A stretch of DNA of 64,000 nt from an uncultured SAR86 cluster bacterium. GTDB lineage: Bacteria; Pseudomonadota; Gammaproteobacteria; Magnimaribacterales; D2472. Positions within the stretch are counted from its first letter, which is position 1. Each line of letters opens with the position of its first letter. Location: NCBI GenBank assembly GCA_902517505.1, contig CABYCL010000004.1:38656-102655 (forward strand), read 5' to 3'. Of the stretch, positions 40,909-51,047 are shown one piece after another. Position numbers and translations under genes: made by a program. The notes under the pieces were generated by a model, which ran no database searches, had not been told where the DNA came from, and saw only the letters and a list, made by a program, of their open reading frames with translations.

Positions 40909-41804
40909 GATTTGATAATTCAAATATACCTGCAGAATTTTCTTTTCAAAAAGAAAAAGAAGTTGCAAGGAAATTCGCTCAAAGATTTCAATGGGAAATG
41001 ATGCTAATTGGAATTGGCCAAGCATTAGTTTGGTTATCAACATGGTTTTTGGTAATCAATAATTATATTTCTTTGTTTGTAGGATTTATTCTTGCTTCTA
41101 TGTGCGCTTGTCTTGCTTATTTACCCTCGCATGAAGCGCAACATGGAAATTATTCTCGTGGTAATAAAAAAAAGAGGTGGCTTGACACATTAATCGGTCA
41201 TGTATCTTTAATAACATTGATGTATCCATATCGAATAATGCAGGCAACTCATATGAAGCATCATGCAAACACAAATAACCCTGAAAAAGATTTTGATTAC
41301 GGTATTGTGAGCTGCAAAAATCCTTGGGAGGTGTTTTTGTACACCCTTCAGGGCCCAGACAAGGCATATAAAGAATATTATGATGTTCACAAAGGTGATA
41401 AAAATTTTGTAAATAGATTTAGTCGTGGATTACTTGTAAGCTGGGTACAAAAATTTGTTCAATTGGTCCTCGTTGTAATCTTTCCGCTTGAAACCCTATT
41501 TTTGTGGTTCTTACCGAGGAAGATTGGTACTTTTTACACAGCCCTAAATTTCTCATGGTTTCCCCATCAAGGTCTTGAGGTAGGCAGATATAAGGATTCA
41601 AAATTTTATATGTTCAAATACATGCCAAGATATTTAACTCATTCAATGCAATTACATTTTGTGCATCACCTTCATCCAAATATTGGGCATCATGATGAGC
41701 CTAGAGCTATAGAAGAATTAAAACCATTCTTAATAGCTAGAGGGTTGCCTGGTGCAGAAGAAATTCCAGATAGGGTTACTTATAATCCTTTAGTAAAAAT
41801 TTAA
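40905..41804 (+). CDS. Membrane di-iron desaturase/hydroxylase, CrtR (beta-carotene hydroxylase)-like (299 aa)
   Basis: His boxes HEAQH, HMKHHANTN.PE.D and QLHFVHH.HP.I, plus WF.P....FSWFPH....RYKD resembling cyanobacterial CrtR. Substrate is inferred. Confidence 0.75.
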   Translation: MRFDNSNIPAEFSFQKEKEVARKFAQRFQWEMMLIGIGQALVWLSTWFLVINNYISLFVGFILASMCACLAYLPSHEAQHGNYSRGNKKKRWLDTLIGHVSLITLMYPYRIMQATHMKHHANTNNPEKDFDYGIVSCKNPWEVFLYTLQGPDKAYKEYYDVHKGDKNFVNRFSRGLLVSWVQKFVQLVLVVIFPLETLFLWFLPRKIGTFYTALNFSWFPHQGLEVGRYKDSKFYMFKYMPRYLTHSMQLHFVHHLHPNIGHHDEPRAIEELKPFLIARGLPGAEEIPDRVTYNPLVKI

Positions 41805-41810
41805 AACTTC

Positions 41811-42263
41811 TTAACTTATTTCTAATAACTCTATTTCAAATATTAGAATTGAGTTAGAAGGAATTCCTGGTCTGCCATCCTCTCCATATGCCATAGTAGG
41901 GTCAATATAGACCATCCATTTGTCTCCCTCTCTCATTAAAGATATAGCTTTTTGGCAACCTACAATTAATTTTGATAATTCAATCTTTAATGGCTCTGAA
42001 TCTAACGAACTCCAAAAAACTTCTCCATTGGTTAAGGTTCCATGAAAGTGAGCTGAAATTGTTTGATTTAATGAAGGAGGCTCGCTAATCGGATCGCCTG
42101 AATTAATAACTAAATATTGAAGTCCAGGTTCGATTTCAATAACTTGATCATTCTTTTTATTATCTATGAAGAACTGGAGGTTTTCTATTTGTTGAATATT
42201 GGGGCTATCTTGAACACAACCAAAAATTATAAAAAAACTACAAAATAATAATAATTTTTTCAT
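41811..42263 (-). CDS. FKBP-type peptidyl-prolyl isomerase (lipoprotein)
   Basis: Lipobox IFGC, GLQY.V...G, HFHGTL.NG.VF, AYG, IP.NS.LIFEIELL. Confidence 0.92.
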   Translation of the reverse strand: MKKLLLFCSFFIIFGCVQDSPNIQQIENLQFFIDNKKNDQVIEIEPGLQYLVINSGDPISEPPSLNQTISAHFHGTLTNGEVFWSSLDSEPLKIELSKLIVGCQKAISLMREGDKWMVYIDPTMAYGEDGRPGIPSNSILIFEIELLEIS

Positions 42264-42265
42264 TT

Positions 42266-43453
42266 CTATAAAATTATCTTAAGAAATTTTCTTTTGCCAA
42301 CTTGATAAATTCCTTCTGAACCTTTTGATACTTCAAGCTTAGGGTCTTCAACTTTTTCAGAGTTTATCCTGATACCGCCTTGTGTAATGAGCCTATTGCC
42401 TTCAGAAATACTAGAGATCATATTTATATCTTTTAATAGATTAACTAAGAGAACAGAGTCATTTTTTATATCAACTTTAACTGATTCAATCTCATCGGGT
42501 ATGTTTCCCTTTTGAAATCTATTTAAAAATATCTCTTTAGATTTTTTTCCTTCTCCTTCTTTATGAAATCTGTCAACAAGCTCTTCAGCTAAAATAAATT
42601 TTATATCACGAGGATTTTTACCTTTTTTCATTTCATCTTTTAACTTCGCAATATCTTCTTCAGGCATAAAGCTTAATAGCTCAAACCAACGCCACATTAA
42701 TTCATCAGAAATTGACATAATCTTTCCAAACATCTCATCAGGCTCCTCATCAATAGCAATGTAGTTATCTAATGATTTTGACATCTTTTTAACGCCATCA
42801 AGGCCTTCTAAAATAGGAACTGTGATTACAACTTGAGGTTCTTGTTCATAATCTCTTTGAAGTTCTCTTCCAACTAAGAGATTAAATTTTTGGTCTGTTC
42901 CACCGCACTCAACATCAGCCTCTAAAGCAACTGAGTCATATCCTTGAACTAATGGATACAAAAATTCATGAATAGCTATTGTCTTATTTGATGAAAATCT
43001 TTTATTAAAATCATCTCTTTCTAACATTCGTGCAACGTTATATTTTGACGCAAGCTTTATTAGGCCATCAGCTCCAAGCTTGTCACACCATTCTGAATTA
43101 AATCGAACTTCGGTTAAGTCCTCCTTGAGAATCTTAAAAACTTGATTCTTATATGTCTTTGCGTTTTCAATCAGGCTATCTGAATCGACGATTGGCCTAG
43201 TTTTATTAGTGCCTGATGGGTCTCCAATTCGTCCTGTAAAATCTCCAATCAAAAATATTACTTTATGGCCTAAATCTTGAAAGTGTCTTAATTTATTTAA
43301 CAAAACTGTATGGCCCAAATGAAGATCTGGTGCTGTGGGATCGAATCCAGCCTTAACTATAAGTTTCTTGCCTGAATCTAACTTCTTTTTAAGGTCAGAT
43401 TCAGTAAGAATCTCATCGGAACCTCTTTTGATAAGTTTTAATGCATCACTCAT
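42266..43453 (-). CDS. tyrS: Tyrosine--tRNA ligase
   Basis: [27 protein letters not shown]4 domain. Confidence 0.99.
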   Translation of the reverse strand: MSDALKLIKRGSDEILTESDLKKKLDSGKKLIVKAGFDPTAPDLHLGHTVLLNKLRHFQDLGHKVIFLIGDFTGRIGDPSGTNKTRPIVDSDSLIENAKTYKNQVFKILKEDLTEVRFNSEWCDKLGADGLIKLASKYNVARMLERDDFNKRFSSNKTIAIHEFLYPLVQGYDSVALEADVECGGTDQKFNLLVGRELQRDYEQEPQVVITVPILEGLDGVKKMSKSLDNYIAIDEEPDEMFGKIMSISDELMWRWFELLSFMPEEDIAKLKDEMKKGKNPRDIKFILAEELVDRFHKEGEGKKSKEIFLNRFQKGNIPDEIESVKVDIKNDSVLLVNLLKDINMISSISEGNRLITQGGIRINSEKVEDPKLEVSKGSEGIYQVGKRKFLKIIL

Positions 43454-43525
43454 ATTACTATCATAGTATTTTTAAATGATTATTAGAATCACAAAGTTGC
43501 TACTTAGTTCTTAAAGATTAAAATA

Positions 43526-46500
43526 GTGGCTATGTTAGAGGCAAAGAATAAATTTATTTCCGAGACAAAACTTTTATCAAGTCTATTAAAAGAAACAAAT
43601 TTTTTATATAACAAAGTTATATCTAAAGATGCTGAAAAAATAATCAAGCTTTGTAGGAAAAATAAAACAGATCGAACCAAACTTGATGCCTTTTTAAATG
43701 AATATGGTTTAGATAATAAAGAAGGGGTTGCATTGATGTGCTTGGCTGAATCAGTGTTAAGAATTCCTGACAAAAAAACTAGAGACCTTATTATTTCAGA
43801 AAAGCTTTCTGAGGGAAGGTGGATTGATCATTTAAATAAGGCTGACAGTCTTTTTGTTAATGCCTCAACATGGGGTCTCTTATTGGCTGGAAAAGTTATC
43901 ACTCCTCCATCAAAATGGTCAGAAAATCCAACCGCCCTGCTTACTGATTTAATATCAAAATCTGGTGAGATGCCAATTAGAAATGCTGTATTAACTGCAA
44001 TGCAAATATTAAGTCAGGAATTTGTGATGGGCAGAGACTTCAAGGATATCAATAAGATGCCAAATATTGAAAAAGAAATATATTCTTTTGACATGCTTGG
44101 TGAAGCTGCAAGAACATTCAATCAAGCAGAGAGTTACTTTAATTCATATCTAAATGCAATTAGTGAAGTTGGAAAAATTAATAAAGAAAAAAATCTAGCA
44201 AACGGAGTCTCTATAAAAATTTCTGCTCTTCATCCAAGATATGAAATGAGAAAAATTTCTGAGCTTGAATCTAATTTATTGCCAAAGTTATCAGAACTAA
44301 TTAATTATGCTTATTCAGAAAATGTTGAAATTACAATTGACGCTGAAGAGCAAGATAGACTCTCAATTAGCTTGCACATCATTGAAAAACTTGCCCAAGA
44401 GAAAACAATAAAAGATTGGCCTGGTTTTGGCATAGCACTTCAAGCTTATGGAAAAAGATCATTTGATGTTATTAACTGGTTAAACGACTTAATAACCAAG
44501 AGAGCCAATATGCATCTTAGATTGGTAAAAGGCGCGTATTGGGATTATGAGATAAAACATGCTCAAGTTTTTGGTTATGAAGGCTATCCAGTTTTTTCAA
44601 AAAAGTCTATTACTGATATTGTGTACCTTGCTTGTGCAAAAGAAATTTTAAAAAATAAAAATATATTTCCAAAATTTGCTACTCATAATGCTCATACCAT
44701 TTCTTCAATAAGTTATTTGGGTGAAGGATGTGATTATGAATTCCAAAGACTTTTTGGAATGGGTGAGTTACTTTATAAAAGCTCATCAGAAGTATTAAAT
44801 ATTAAAACAAGTCCTTCGGTTTATGCTCCAATAGGCAACTATAAGGATTTATTACCTTATTTAGTCAGACGATTGCTAGAAAACGGAGCTAATAGCTCAT
44901 TTATAAATAGGCTATTAGATCCAGAAACAGATCCAAAATGGCTTGCAGAGAACCCTTATATTAGAATGCAAAATGAAAAGAAAGACATTCCATTACCAAA
45001 AAATATTTTTGATAATCGATTAAATTCATCGGGTATGGATATAACTGAAAAAGAAAAACTAGATTTGCTTAAACAAAAGTTAAATAATTTCGATGGAAAA
45101 TTAGTCAATGCTAAATCTTTGTATATTGGCAGTAAAGATAATCAAGACAAAGTAGAAAATATTTTTTCAATCTCTTCTAATTCTCAAATTGGTACTGTTA
45201 CATATGATGATCTAAATCAAATCAAGAAGTGTCTAGAAAAAAATCACTCCAATTCATGGTCTGCTACTAAAGTTAAAGATAGATCTAAAATCCTCAATAA
45301 AATTGCTGATAATATTGAAAACGATCCATATGAATTAATTTATTTTTTAATAAATGAAGCGGGTAAAACAATACAAAACGCAATTGATGAAATAAGAGAA
45401 GCGGTAGATTTTCTCAGGTATTATTCTAATCAGATTATACAAATCTCAAACCAAACAAAGCTTGAAGGACCGACAGGTGAAGAAAACATTATTTCATATA
45501 GTCCAAAAGGAAGATTTCTTTGCATAAGTCCATGGAACTTCCCTGTAGCGATTCTAATTGGACAGATTTCAGCTGCTCTTGCTTGCGGTAACAGAGTAAT
45601 AGTTAAACCATCTGAACACACTTCTATCTTAGGATATCTTATTGTCAAAAAATTTCATGAGATAGGCGTCCCTAAAGAAACTTTGGAATTAATAATTGGT
45701 GACGGTTCATACGGTGAAGTTTTAAGTTCAATTAATCCTCTCCATGGAGTTGCTTTTACTGGATCATTAGAAACTGCTAAAAAGATACAAACTAATCTTT
45801 TAAATAATCAAGATCAAATTATCCCTTTAATTGCTGAAACCGGAGGAGTTAATGCAATGATAGTGGATTCAAGTGCTCTTCTTGAACAAGTGACTGATGA
45901 CATTATTAGATCTGCATTTGATAGCGCTGGTCAGAGATGTTCCGCATTACGAGTGCTATGTATACAAGAAGAAATATATAACGAATTAATTCAAATGATT
46001 AAAGGGAGCATGGAAACACAGTCTTTAGGTGATCCAAATGACTTTAATATAGATATAGGCCCAATAATTAATAAACAAGCACTAAAAAAACTTAAGGAAT
46101 ATATTGCTTCATTTAATAATAATGGCATGGAAGTTTTTCAGTTAGAAGGTTTAAATTCCTCAACCCATATAAGTCCAACATTAATAGAGATTAATAAAAT
46201 CTCAGATATTGAGAATGAGCAATTTGGACCAATTCTTCATATTCTTAAATACAAATCAAGTGAAATTGATGAATTAATAGAGCAGATCAATAAAAGTGGT
46301 TACGGTTTAACGATGGGACTTCATACCCGTATTGAATCAAGAGCTGATTACTTCAGTAAAAATGCTAATGTTGGAAACATATATATTAATAGAGATATGG
46401 TTGGAGCTGTTGTTGGATCACAACCTTTTGGGGGTGTTGGGCTTTCTGGGAGTGGTTTTAAAGCAGGTGGTCCTAACTATCTTTTACAATTTTTAAATGA

Positions 46501-46573
46501 AAAAGTGATTTCAAAGAACTCAGTTGCATTTGGAGGTAATGCTGAGCTATTAAATCTTCAAGAAGATTTATGA
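43526..46573 (+). CDS. putA: Bifunctional proline dehydrogenase/P5C dehydrogenase (no RHH repressor domain)
   Basis: SFDMLGE, RLVKGAYWD, YLVRRLLENGANSSF, ETGG, GQRCSA, QPFGG. Confidence 0.97.
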   Translation: MAMLEAKNKFISETKLLSSLLKETNFLYNKVISKDAEKIIKLCRKNKTDRTKLDAFLNEYGLDNKEGVALMCLAESVLRIPDKKTRDLIISEKLSEGRWIDHLNKADSLFVNASTWGLLLAGKVITPPSKWSENPTALLTDLISKSGEMPIRNAVLTAMQILSQEFVMGRDFKDINKMPNIEKEIYSFDMLGEAARTFNQAESYFNSYLNAISEVGKINKEKNLANGVSIKISALHPRYEMRKISELESNLLPKLSELINYAYSENVEITIDAEEQDRLSISLHIIEKLAQEKTIKDWPGFGIALQAYGKRSFDVINWLNDLITKRANMHLRLVKGAYWDYEIKHAQVFGYEGYPVFSKKSITDIVYLACAKEILKNKNIFPKFATHNAHTISSISYLGEGCDYEFQRLFGMGELLYKSSSEVLNIKTSPSVYAPIGNYKDLLPYLVRRLLENGANSSFINRLLDPETDPKWLAENPYIRMQNEKKDIPLPKNIFDNRLNSSGMDITEKEKLDLLKQKLNNFDGKLVNAKSLYIGSKDNQDKVENIFSISSNSQIGTVTYDDLNQIKKCLEKNHSNSWSATKVKDRSKILNKIADNIENDPYELIYFLINEAGKTIQNAIDEIREAVDFLRYYSNQIIQISNQTKLEGPTGEENIISYSPKGRFLCISPWNFPVAILIGQISAALACGNRVIVKPSEHTSILGYLIVKKFHEIGVPKETLELIIGDGSYGEVLSSINPLHGVAFTGSLETAKKIQTNLLNNQDQIIPLIAETGGVNAMIVDSSALLEQVTDDIIRSAFDSAGQRCSALRVLCIQEEIYNELIQMIKGSMETQSLGDPNDFNIDIGPIINKQALKKLKEYIASFNNNGMEVFQLEGLNSSTHISPTLIEINKISDIENEQFGPILHILKYKSSEIDELIEQINKSGYGLTMGLHTRIESRADYFSKNANVGNIYINRDMVGAVVGSQPFGGVGLSGSGFKAGGPNYLLQFLNEKVISKNSVAFGGNAELLNLQEDL

Positions 46574-47814
46574 TAGGGTTTAAAAAAACTCCAATAAAAT
46601 TGGTTCTGAGCGTTTTTTTTATATCTTTAATATCAATCCTATTAATATATATTGATTTTACTGCCGAAAAACCACAGAAAGTTGAAGAAATTACGATTTC
46701 AAAAGATCTTCCTAACAGTTTACCCTTAATTAAAAATAAACAAATTCATGAAGTAAAAAAGGGAGACAGCCTTTCAGTGATATTTGAGGATAAAAATGTT
46801 CCTTTGAATACCGCATATAAGATATTCAACTTTGATAAGAATAATTTACTCTCAAGCATAATGCCTGGTGATGTTATGGAGTTTAATTATATTGGAGAAG
46901 TTCTTTATAACATCGAGATTATCAAAGATGAAGTAAATTCAATTTCTATTAATACTGAGAACGAGATTTCAATCAAAAAAATTAAGAAAGAAGCGCAAAC
47001 CATAACATCATTTGGTTATGGAGCTATTCTCAATTCATTTTATAAAGACGCAAAAAATGTAGGTATACCTGATAGCATCATAATGGACTTTGCATATATA
47101 TTTGGATGGGATATAGATTTTATCTTTGATGTTAGAAAAGGAGACAAGTTTTTTGTGATTTTTGAAACGGATTATTCTGAAGGCGAAAGAATTTCGAGTG
47201 GAGATATTATTTTTGCTGAATTTATAAATAAAGATGAAAGATACATTGCACAAAGATTCTATGACGACGTTCAAGGTAAGCAATACTTTAATGAGAATGG
47301 TGATAATGTTAAGAAAGCTTTTCTCAGGGCCCCATTAGACTTTGCTTATATAAGCTCACATTTTAATCCAAATAGAATGCATCCTATCCTTCATAAAATT
47401 AAAGCTCATAACGGAGTTGATTATGCGGCCAAGAGGAATACACCTGTAAAAGCATCAGGAGATGGCGTAATTTCTTTTATTGGAAGACAAAGTGGTTATG
47501 GTAGAACCATAGAAATAAAACATGGAGGAAATATAAAAACTTTGTATGCACATTTAGAAAGATTTAACTCAAAACTGAAAGTTGGTAGTAAAGTTAAACA
47601 AGGTGAAATTATTGCCTATGTAGGAGATTCAGGACAGGCAACCGGACCACATCTTCATTTTGAATTTTGGCAAGGCCAGGTTAGAACCGATCCAGTAAAG
47701 GTTAAGCTGCCATCAGCACAGCCTGTTAATAAAGGTCAAATAGAAGAATTTAGAAATCTCTTAAATTCAAGTCTCAAAAAGTTAAATGAGTATAATTCTA
47801 TAAAAGATGAGTAA
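46570..47814 (+). CDS. M23 family peptidoglycan DD-endopeptidase (MepM-like)
   Basis: N-terminal TM, LysM-like V..GD.L, H.GVD, YAHL, TGPHLHFE. Confidence 0.92.
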   Translation: MIGFKKTPIKLVLSVFFISLISILLIYIDFTAEKPQKVEEITISKDLPNSLPLIKNKQIHEVKKGDSLSVIFEDKNVPLNTAYKIFNFDKNNLLSSIMPGDVMEFNYIGEVLYNIEIIKDEVNSISINTENEISIKKIKKEAQTITSFGYGAILNSFYKDAKNVGIPDSIIMDFAYIFGWDIDFIFDVRKGDKFFVIFETDYSEGERISSGDIIFAEFINKDERYIAQRFYDDVQGKQYFNENGDNVKKAFLRAPLDFAYISSHFNPNRMHPILHKIKAHNGVDYAAKRNTPVKASGDGVISFIGRQSGYGRTIEIKHGGNIKTLYAHLERFNSKLKVGSKVKQGEIIAYVGDSGQATGPHLHFEFWQGQVRTDPVKVKLPSAQPVNKGQIEEFRNLLNSSLKKLNEYNSIKDE

Positions 47815-48823
47815 GTATTTTATTGGAATTATGACTGGAACAAGTGCAGACGCACTTGATGGTTGCGTGGTTTCTTTTGAGGATAAATTCGAATTAATTT
47901 GTTCAGCTTCAATAACTCTTGATGGCTCATATAAAATGGATTATGAGGAATGTATAAGAGCGGGATTTAAAAATACAAATGAATCAAAAAAACTATTTGA
48001 GCTTGAAAATATACTTAATCAAAAAACTATTGAGCTAATAAATCTTCTTCTGAAAAAAGCTGAAATTGATATTTCTCAAGTATCATCAGTAGGATTTTCA
48101 GGTCAAACTGTCTTTCATACTAATGAAAAAAGTTATCAAATAGGGAATCCTGCTTATATTTCAGAACTTTCAAAAATTGATGTTTATTCAGATTTTAGGA
48201 ACTTTGACATTAAAAATGGAGGGATAGGTGCTCCTTTAATACCAGCTTTTCACAAATATTTATATGCCGCAGAAAAAGACAGACTTATTTTTAATATTGG
48301 TGGTATTGCTAACGGAACTTACCTTAAAAAAGATGAAGTTGCTATAGCATCAGATGTTGGCCCAGGTAATTGCCTATTAGATTATGTTTCCAGTAAAAGT
48401 TTTGACAAGCCTTTTGATGATGGTGGTTCTGAAGCGGCTAAAGGTGAAGTTGATAATCTATTATTAAAACAACTAATTGATAAATGTGATGGTATGACAT
48501 ATCCAAGAGCAGATGATAAGCAAGACTATTACAGATTAGAAGAATTATTTACAAAAATTGAGCCAAATTCATTACTTAGAACCTTGGCAGAACTCAGTGC
48601 TGAAAAAATAAAGGACTTCTATGAATATTGTGGAAAGCCTGAAGAAGTTATATTTCATGGAGGTGGAACAAAAAATAAATTTTTAATGACCTTAATAAAA
48701 AATAAAATTAGTGGCTTTGTAAGAACAACAGATAATGAAATCTCATCAAAATTTGTTGAGGCTGCAGGATTCGCTTACCTAGCATATTTAAAAAAAGGAG
48801 AAATTTTTAAAACTAAATTGTAA
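47807..48823 (+). CDS. anmK: Anhydro-N-acetylmuramic acid kinase
   Basis: G.MTGTS.D..D, GQT..H, DFR..D...GG.GAPL, NIGGIAN, D.GPGN. Confidence 0.95.
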   Translation: MSKYFIGIMTGTSADALDGCVVSFEDKFELICSASITLDGSYKMDYEECIRAGFKNTNESKKLFELENILNQKTIELINLLLKKAEIDISQVSSVGFSGQTVFHTNEKSYQIGNPAYISELSKIDVYSDFRNFDIKNGGIGAPLIPAFHKYLYAAEKDRLIFNIGGIANGTYLKKDEVAIASDVGPGNCLLDYVSSKSFDKPFDDGGSEAAKGEVDNLLLKQLIDKCDGMTYPRADDKQDYYRLEELFTKIEPNSLLRTLAELSAEKIKDFYEYCGKPEEVIFHGGGTKNKFLMTLIKNKISGFVRTTDNEISSKFVEAAGFAYLAYLKKGEIFKTKL

Positions 48824-49157
48824 AGGACTCTCCACATCCACAAGTAGTTTTAGCATTAGGATTGTTAATAACAAATTTAGAGCCTGACAAGTCTTCAACA
48901 AAATCTAAGGTTGATCCATATAAATATGGGTAAGACATAGAATCTAGCAACACTGAAAAATTTTCAAATTCGATAACATCGTCATCAAATGCTATTTCAG
49001 AATCAAATTTAAAGCCGTATTGAAACCCAGAACAACCACCTCCGGTAACATAAACTCTAAATCTAGTTCCTTCACTCTCATTAGCATTCATAACATCACC
49101 AATCCTAGCTAAAGCACTTTTAGTTACTAAAATAGATTTGTTTTCAGTTTTTTGCAT
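48813..49157 (-). CDS. erpA: Iron-sulfur cluster insertion protein
   Basis: GGGCSGFQY, NPNAKTTCGCGESF. Confidence 0.95.
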   Translation of the reverse strand: MQKTENKSILVTKSALARIGDVMNANESEGTRFRVYVTGGGCSGFQYGFKFDSEIAFDDDVIEFENFSVLLDSMSYPYLYGSTLDFVEDLSGSKFVINNPNAKTTCGCGESFTI

Positions 49158-49247
49158 AACAACTAATTAAAATTTAAATATCAGTATAAAATATAATTAT
49201 GTTTTATTCCTTTTTTTTCAAGACATTAAATTTAAATTAATTAATAA

Positions 49248-49760
49248 ATGGAAAAATCATTACTAATATACTCTACTGTAGATGGGCAAACGGAAGCTAT
49301 ATGTAAACGAATGGCATCTTGTGCAAAAAATACCATTGTAGATGTCATGTCAATATCAAATGTAAAAAATCTTGATGATTATAAAATCATAATAATTGGG
49401 GCGAGCATTAGATATGGTAAATATAGAAATGAGGTATATAACTTTATTAATGAAAACTCCCTACTATTGGAATCTAAGAAAAATGCTTTCTTTTCTGTAA
49501 ATGTTGTTGCAAGAAAACCTGAAAAAAATACTCCAGATACAAATCCATATGTAATTAAGTTCTTAGAGAAAATTAATTGGAAACCAAAAAATATTGAAGT
49601 CTTCGCAGGAAAAATAGACTACCCTAAATATAAATTTATTGATAAATATGCAATAAAATTTATTATGTGGATTACAAAAGGTCCAACGGACACATCACAG
49701 TCCTATGAATTCACAGATTGGAATAAAGTGGAAACTTTTGCAGAAAATTTAAATTTATGA
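49248..49760 (+). CDS. hemG: Flavodoxin-fold protoporphyrinogen IX dehydrogenase
   Basis: YST.DGQT..I, GASIRYG, VN.VARKPEK, GPTD....EFTDW. Confidence 0.93.
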   Translation: MEKSLLIYSTVDGQTEAICKRMASCAKNTIVDVMSISNVKNLDDYKIIIIGASIRYGKYRNEVYNFINENSLLLESKKNAFFSVNVVARKPEKNTPDTNPYVIKFLEKINWKPKNIEVFAGKIDYPKYKFIDKYAIKFIMWITKGPTDTSQSYEFTDWNKVETFAENLNL

Positions 49761-51046
49761 AAAATATAAAAAAATCTATAGAGCTATTCAAAGAAGCAAA
49801 GTTACATATGCCTGGAGGAGTGAATTCACCAGTAAGAGCATTTAAGAATATTGATGGAAATCCAATTTTTTTTAAAAAAGCTAAAGGAGCTTACTTGTTT
49901 GATGCTGATAACAATAAATATATTGATTATATAGGTTCATGGGGCCCTATGATAATGGGGCACTCTAACCCAAAAATCGTAAATGCAATTTCAAAACAAC
50001 TTAAGCTAGGAACAAGTTATGGCGCTCCAACTAGCATTGAATCTGAAACAGCAAAACTAATAAAACAATGTGTTCCATCTATAGAAAAAATAAGAATGGT
50101 TAACTCTGGAACTGAGGCAACTATGAGCGCAATAAGATTAGCAAGAGGATATACAAAAAGAGATAAGATTATTAAATTTGATGGTTGTTATCATGGCCAT
50201 GTAGACTCACTACTTATAAAAGCTGGCTCAGGTGTGAGTACATTTGGACTTCCAGACTCACCAGGCATACCGAATGAATTAGCAAAAAAAACTTTGAGTT
50301 GTGAGTTTAATAACAAAGAAGAGTTCTTAAAGGTTTTTAAAAAAATCAAAGGTGACCTTGCAGCTGTAATCGTCGAGCCGGTAGCAGGAAATATGGGTTT
50401 TATTCCAGGTGATAAGTCTTTTTTAAAGTTGCTTAGAAAAAAAACATCTGAAAATAAATCATTGTTAATCTTTGATGAAGTAATGTCTGGTTTTAGAGTT
50501 TCACTTGGCGGGGCTCAAGAGCTTTATAAAATTAAGCCTGACTTGACGACTTTAGGAAAGGTGATTGGTGGTGGTCTTCCAGTAGGTGCTTTCGGTGGAA
50601 AAAAGAAAATAATGGATTTCCTAGCTCCTAACGGACCTGTGTATCAAGCAGGCACCCTTTCTGGAAACCCATTAGCCATGGCAGCAGGATCAATGCTTAT
50701 TAAATTATTAATTAAAACTAACCCCTATAAAAAGCTTGAAGATAAAGCTGCTAATCTTTTACAAGGAATGAAAAATGTCTTTGATGCTAATGATATCCCT
50801 TTTTCAGTAAATCAATTGGGAGGTATGTTTGGTTTCTTTTTTTCAGAAAAATTACCTAAAAACTTTAAAGATGTCGTTAAAACTAATGATAAGCACTTTA
50901 AGAACTTTTTAAATCAGTGTATCGAGAATGGAATATACTTTGCGCCATCAAAATTTGAAGCAGGATTCATTTCAACAAAACATACTAAAACTGAAATTAA
51001 TAATACAATAATGACTACAAAAAATATTATAAATAAAGGGATATAA
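49757..51046 (+). CDS. hemL: Glutamate-1-semialdehyde 2,1-aminomutase
   Basis: PGGVNSPVRAF, NSGTEATM, FDEVM, GKVIGGG, QAGTLSGNP. Confidence 0.98.
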   Translation: MKNIKKSIELFKEAKLHMPGGVNSPVRAFKNIDGNPIFFKKAKGAYLFDADNNKYIDYIGSWGPMIMGHSNPKIVNAISKQLKLGTSYGAPTSIESETAKLIKQCVPSIEKIRMVNSGTEATMSAIRLARGYTKRDKIIKFDGCYHGHVDSLLIKAGSGVSTFGLPDSPGIPNELAKKTLSCEFNNKEEFLKVFKKIKGDLAAVIVEPVAGNMGFIPGDKSFLKLLRKKTSENKSLLIFDEVMSGFRVSLGGAQELYKIKPDLTTLGKVIGGGLPVGAFGGKKKIMDFLAPNGPVYQAGTLSGNPLAMAAGSMLIKLLIKTNPYKKLEDKAANLLQGMKNVFDANDIPFSVNQLGGMFGFFFSEKLPKNFKDVVKTNDKHFKNFLNQCIENGIYFAPSKFEAGFISTKHTKTEINNTIMTTKNIINKGI

Positions 51047-51047
51047 A

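Noticed and set aside
40560..41830. att-site duplication of the tRNA-Ile 3' end marking an integrated element
   Set aside because: I saw no repeat of the tRNA 3' end downstream and no integrase nearby.
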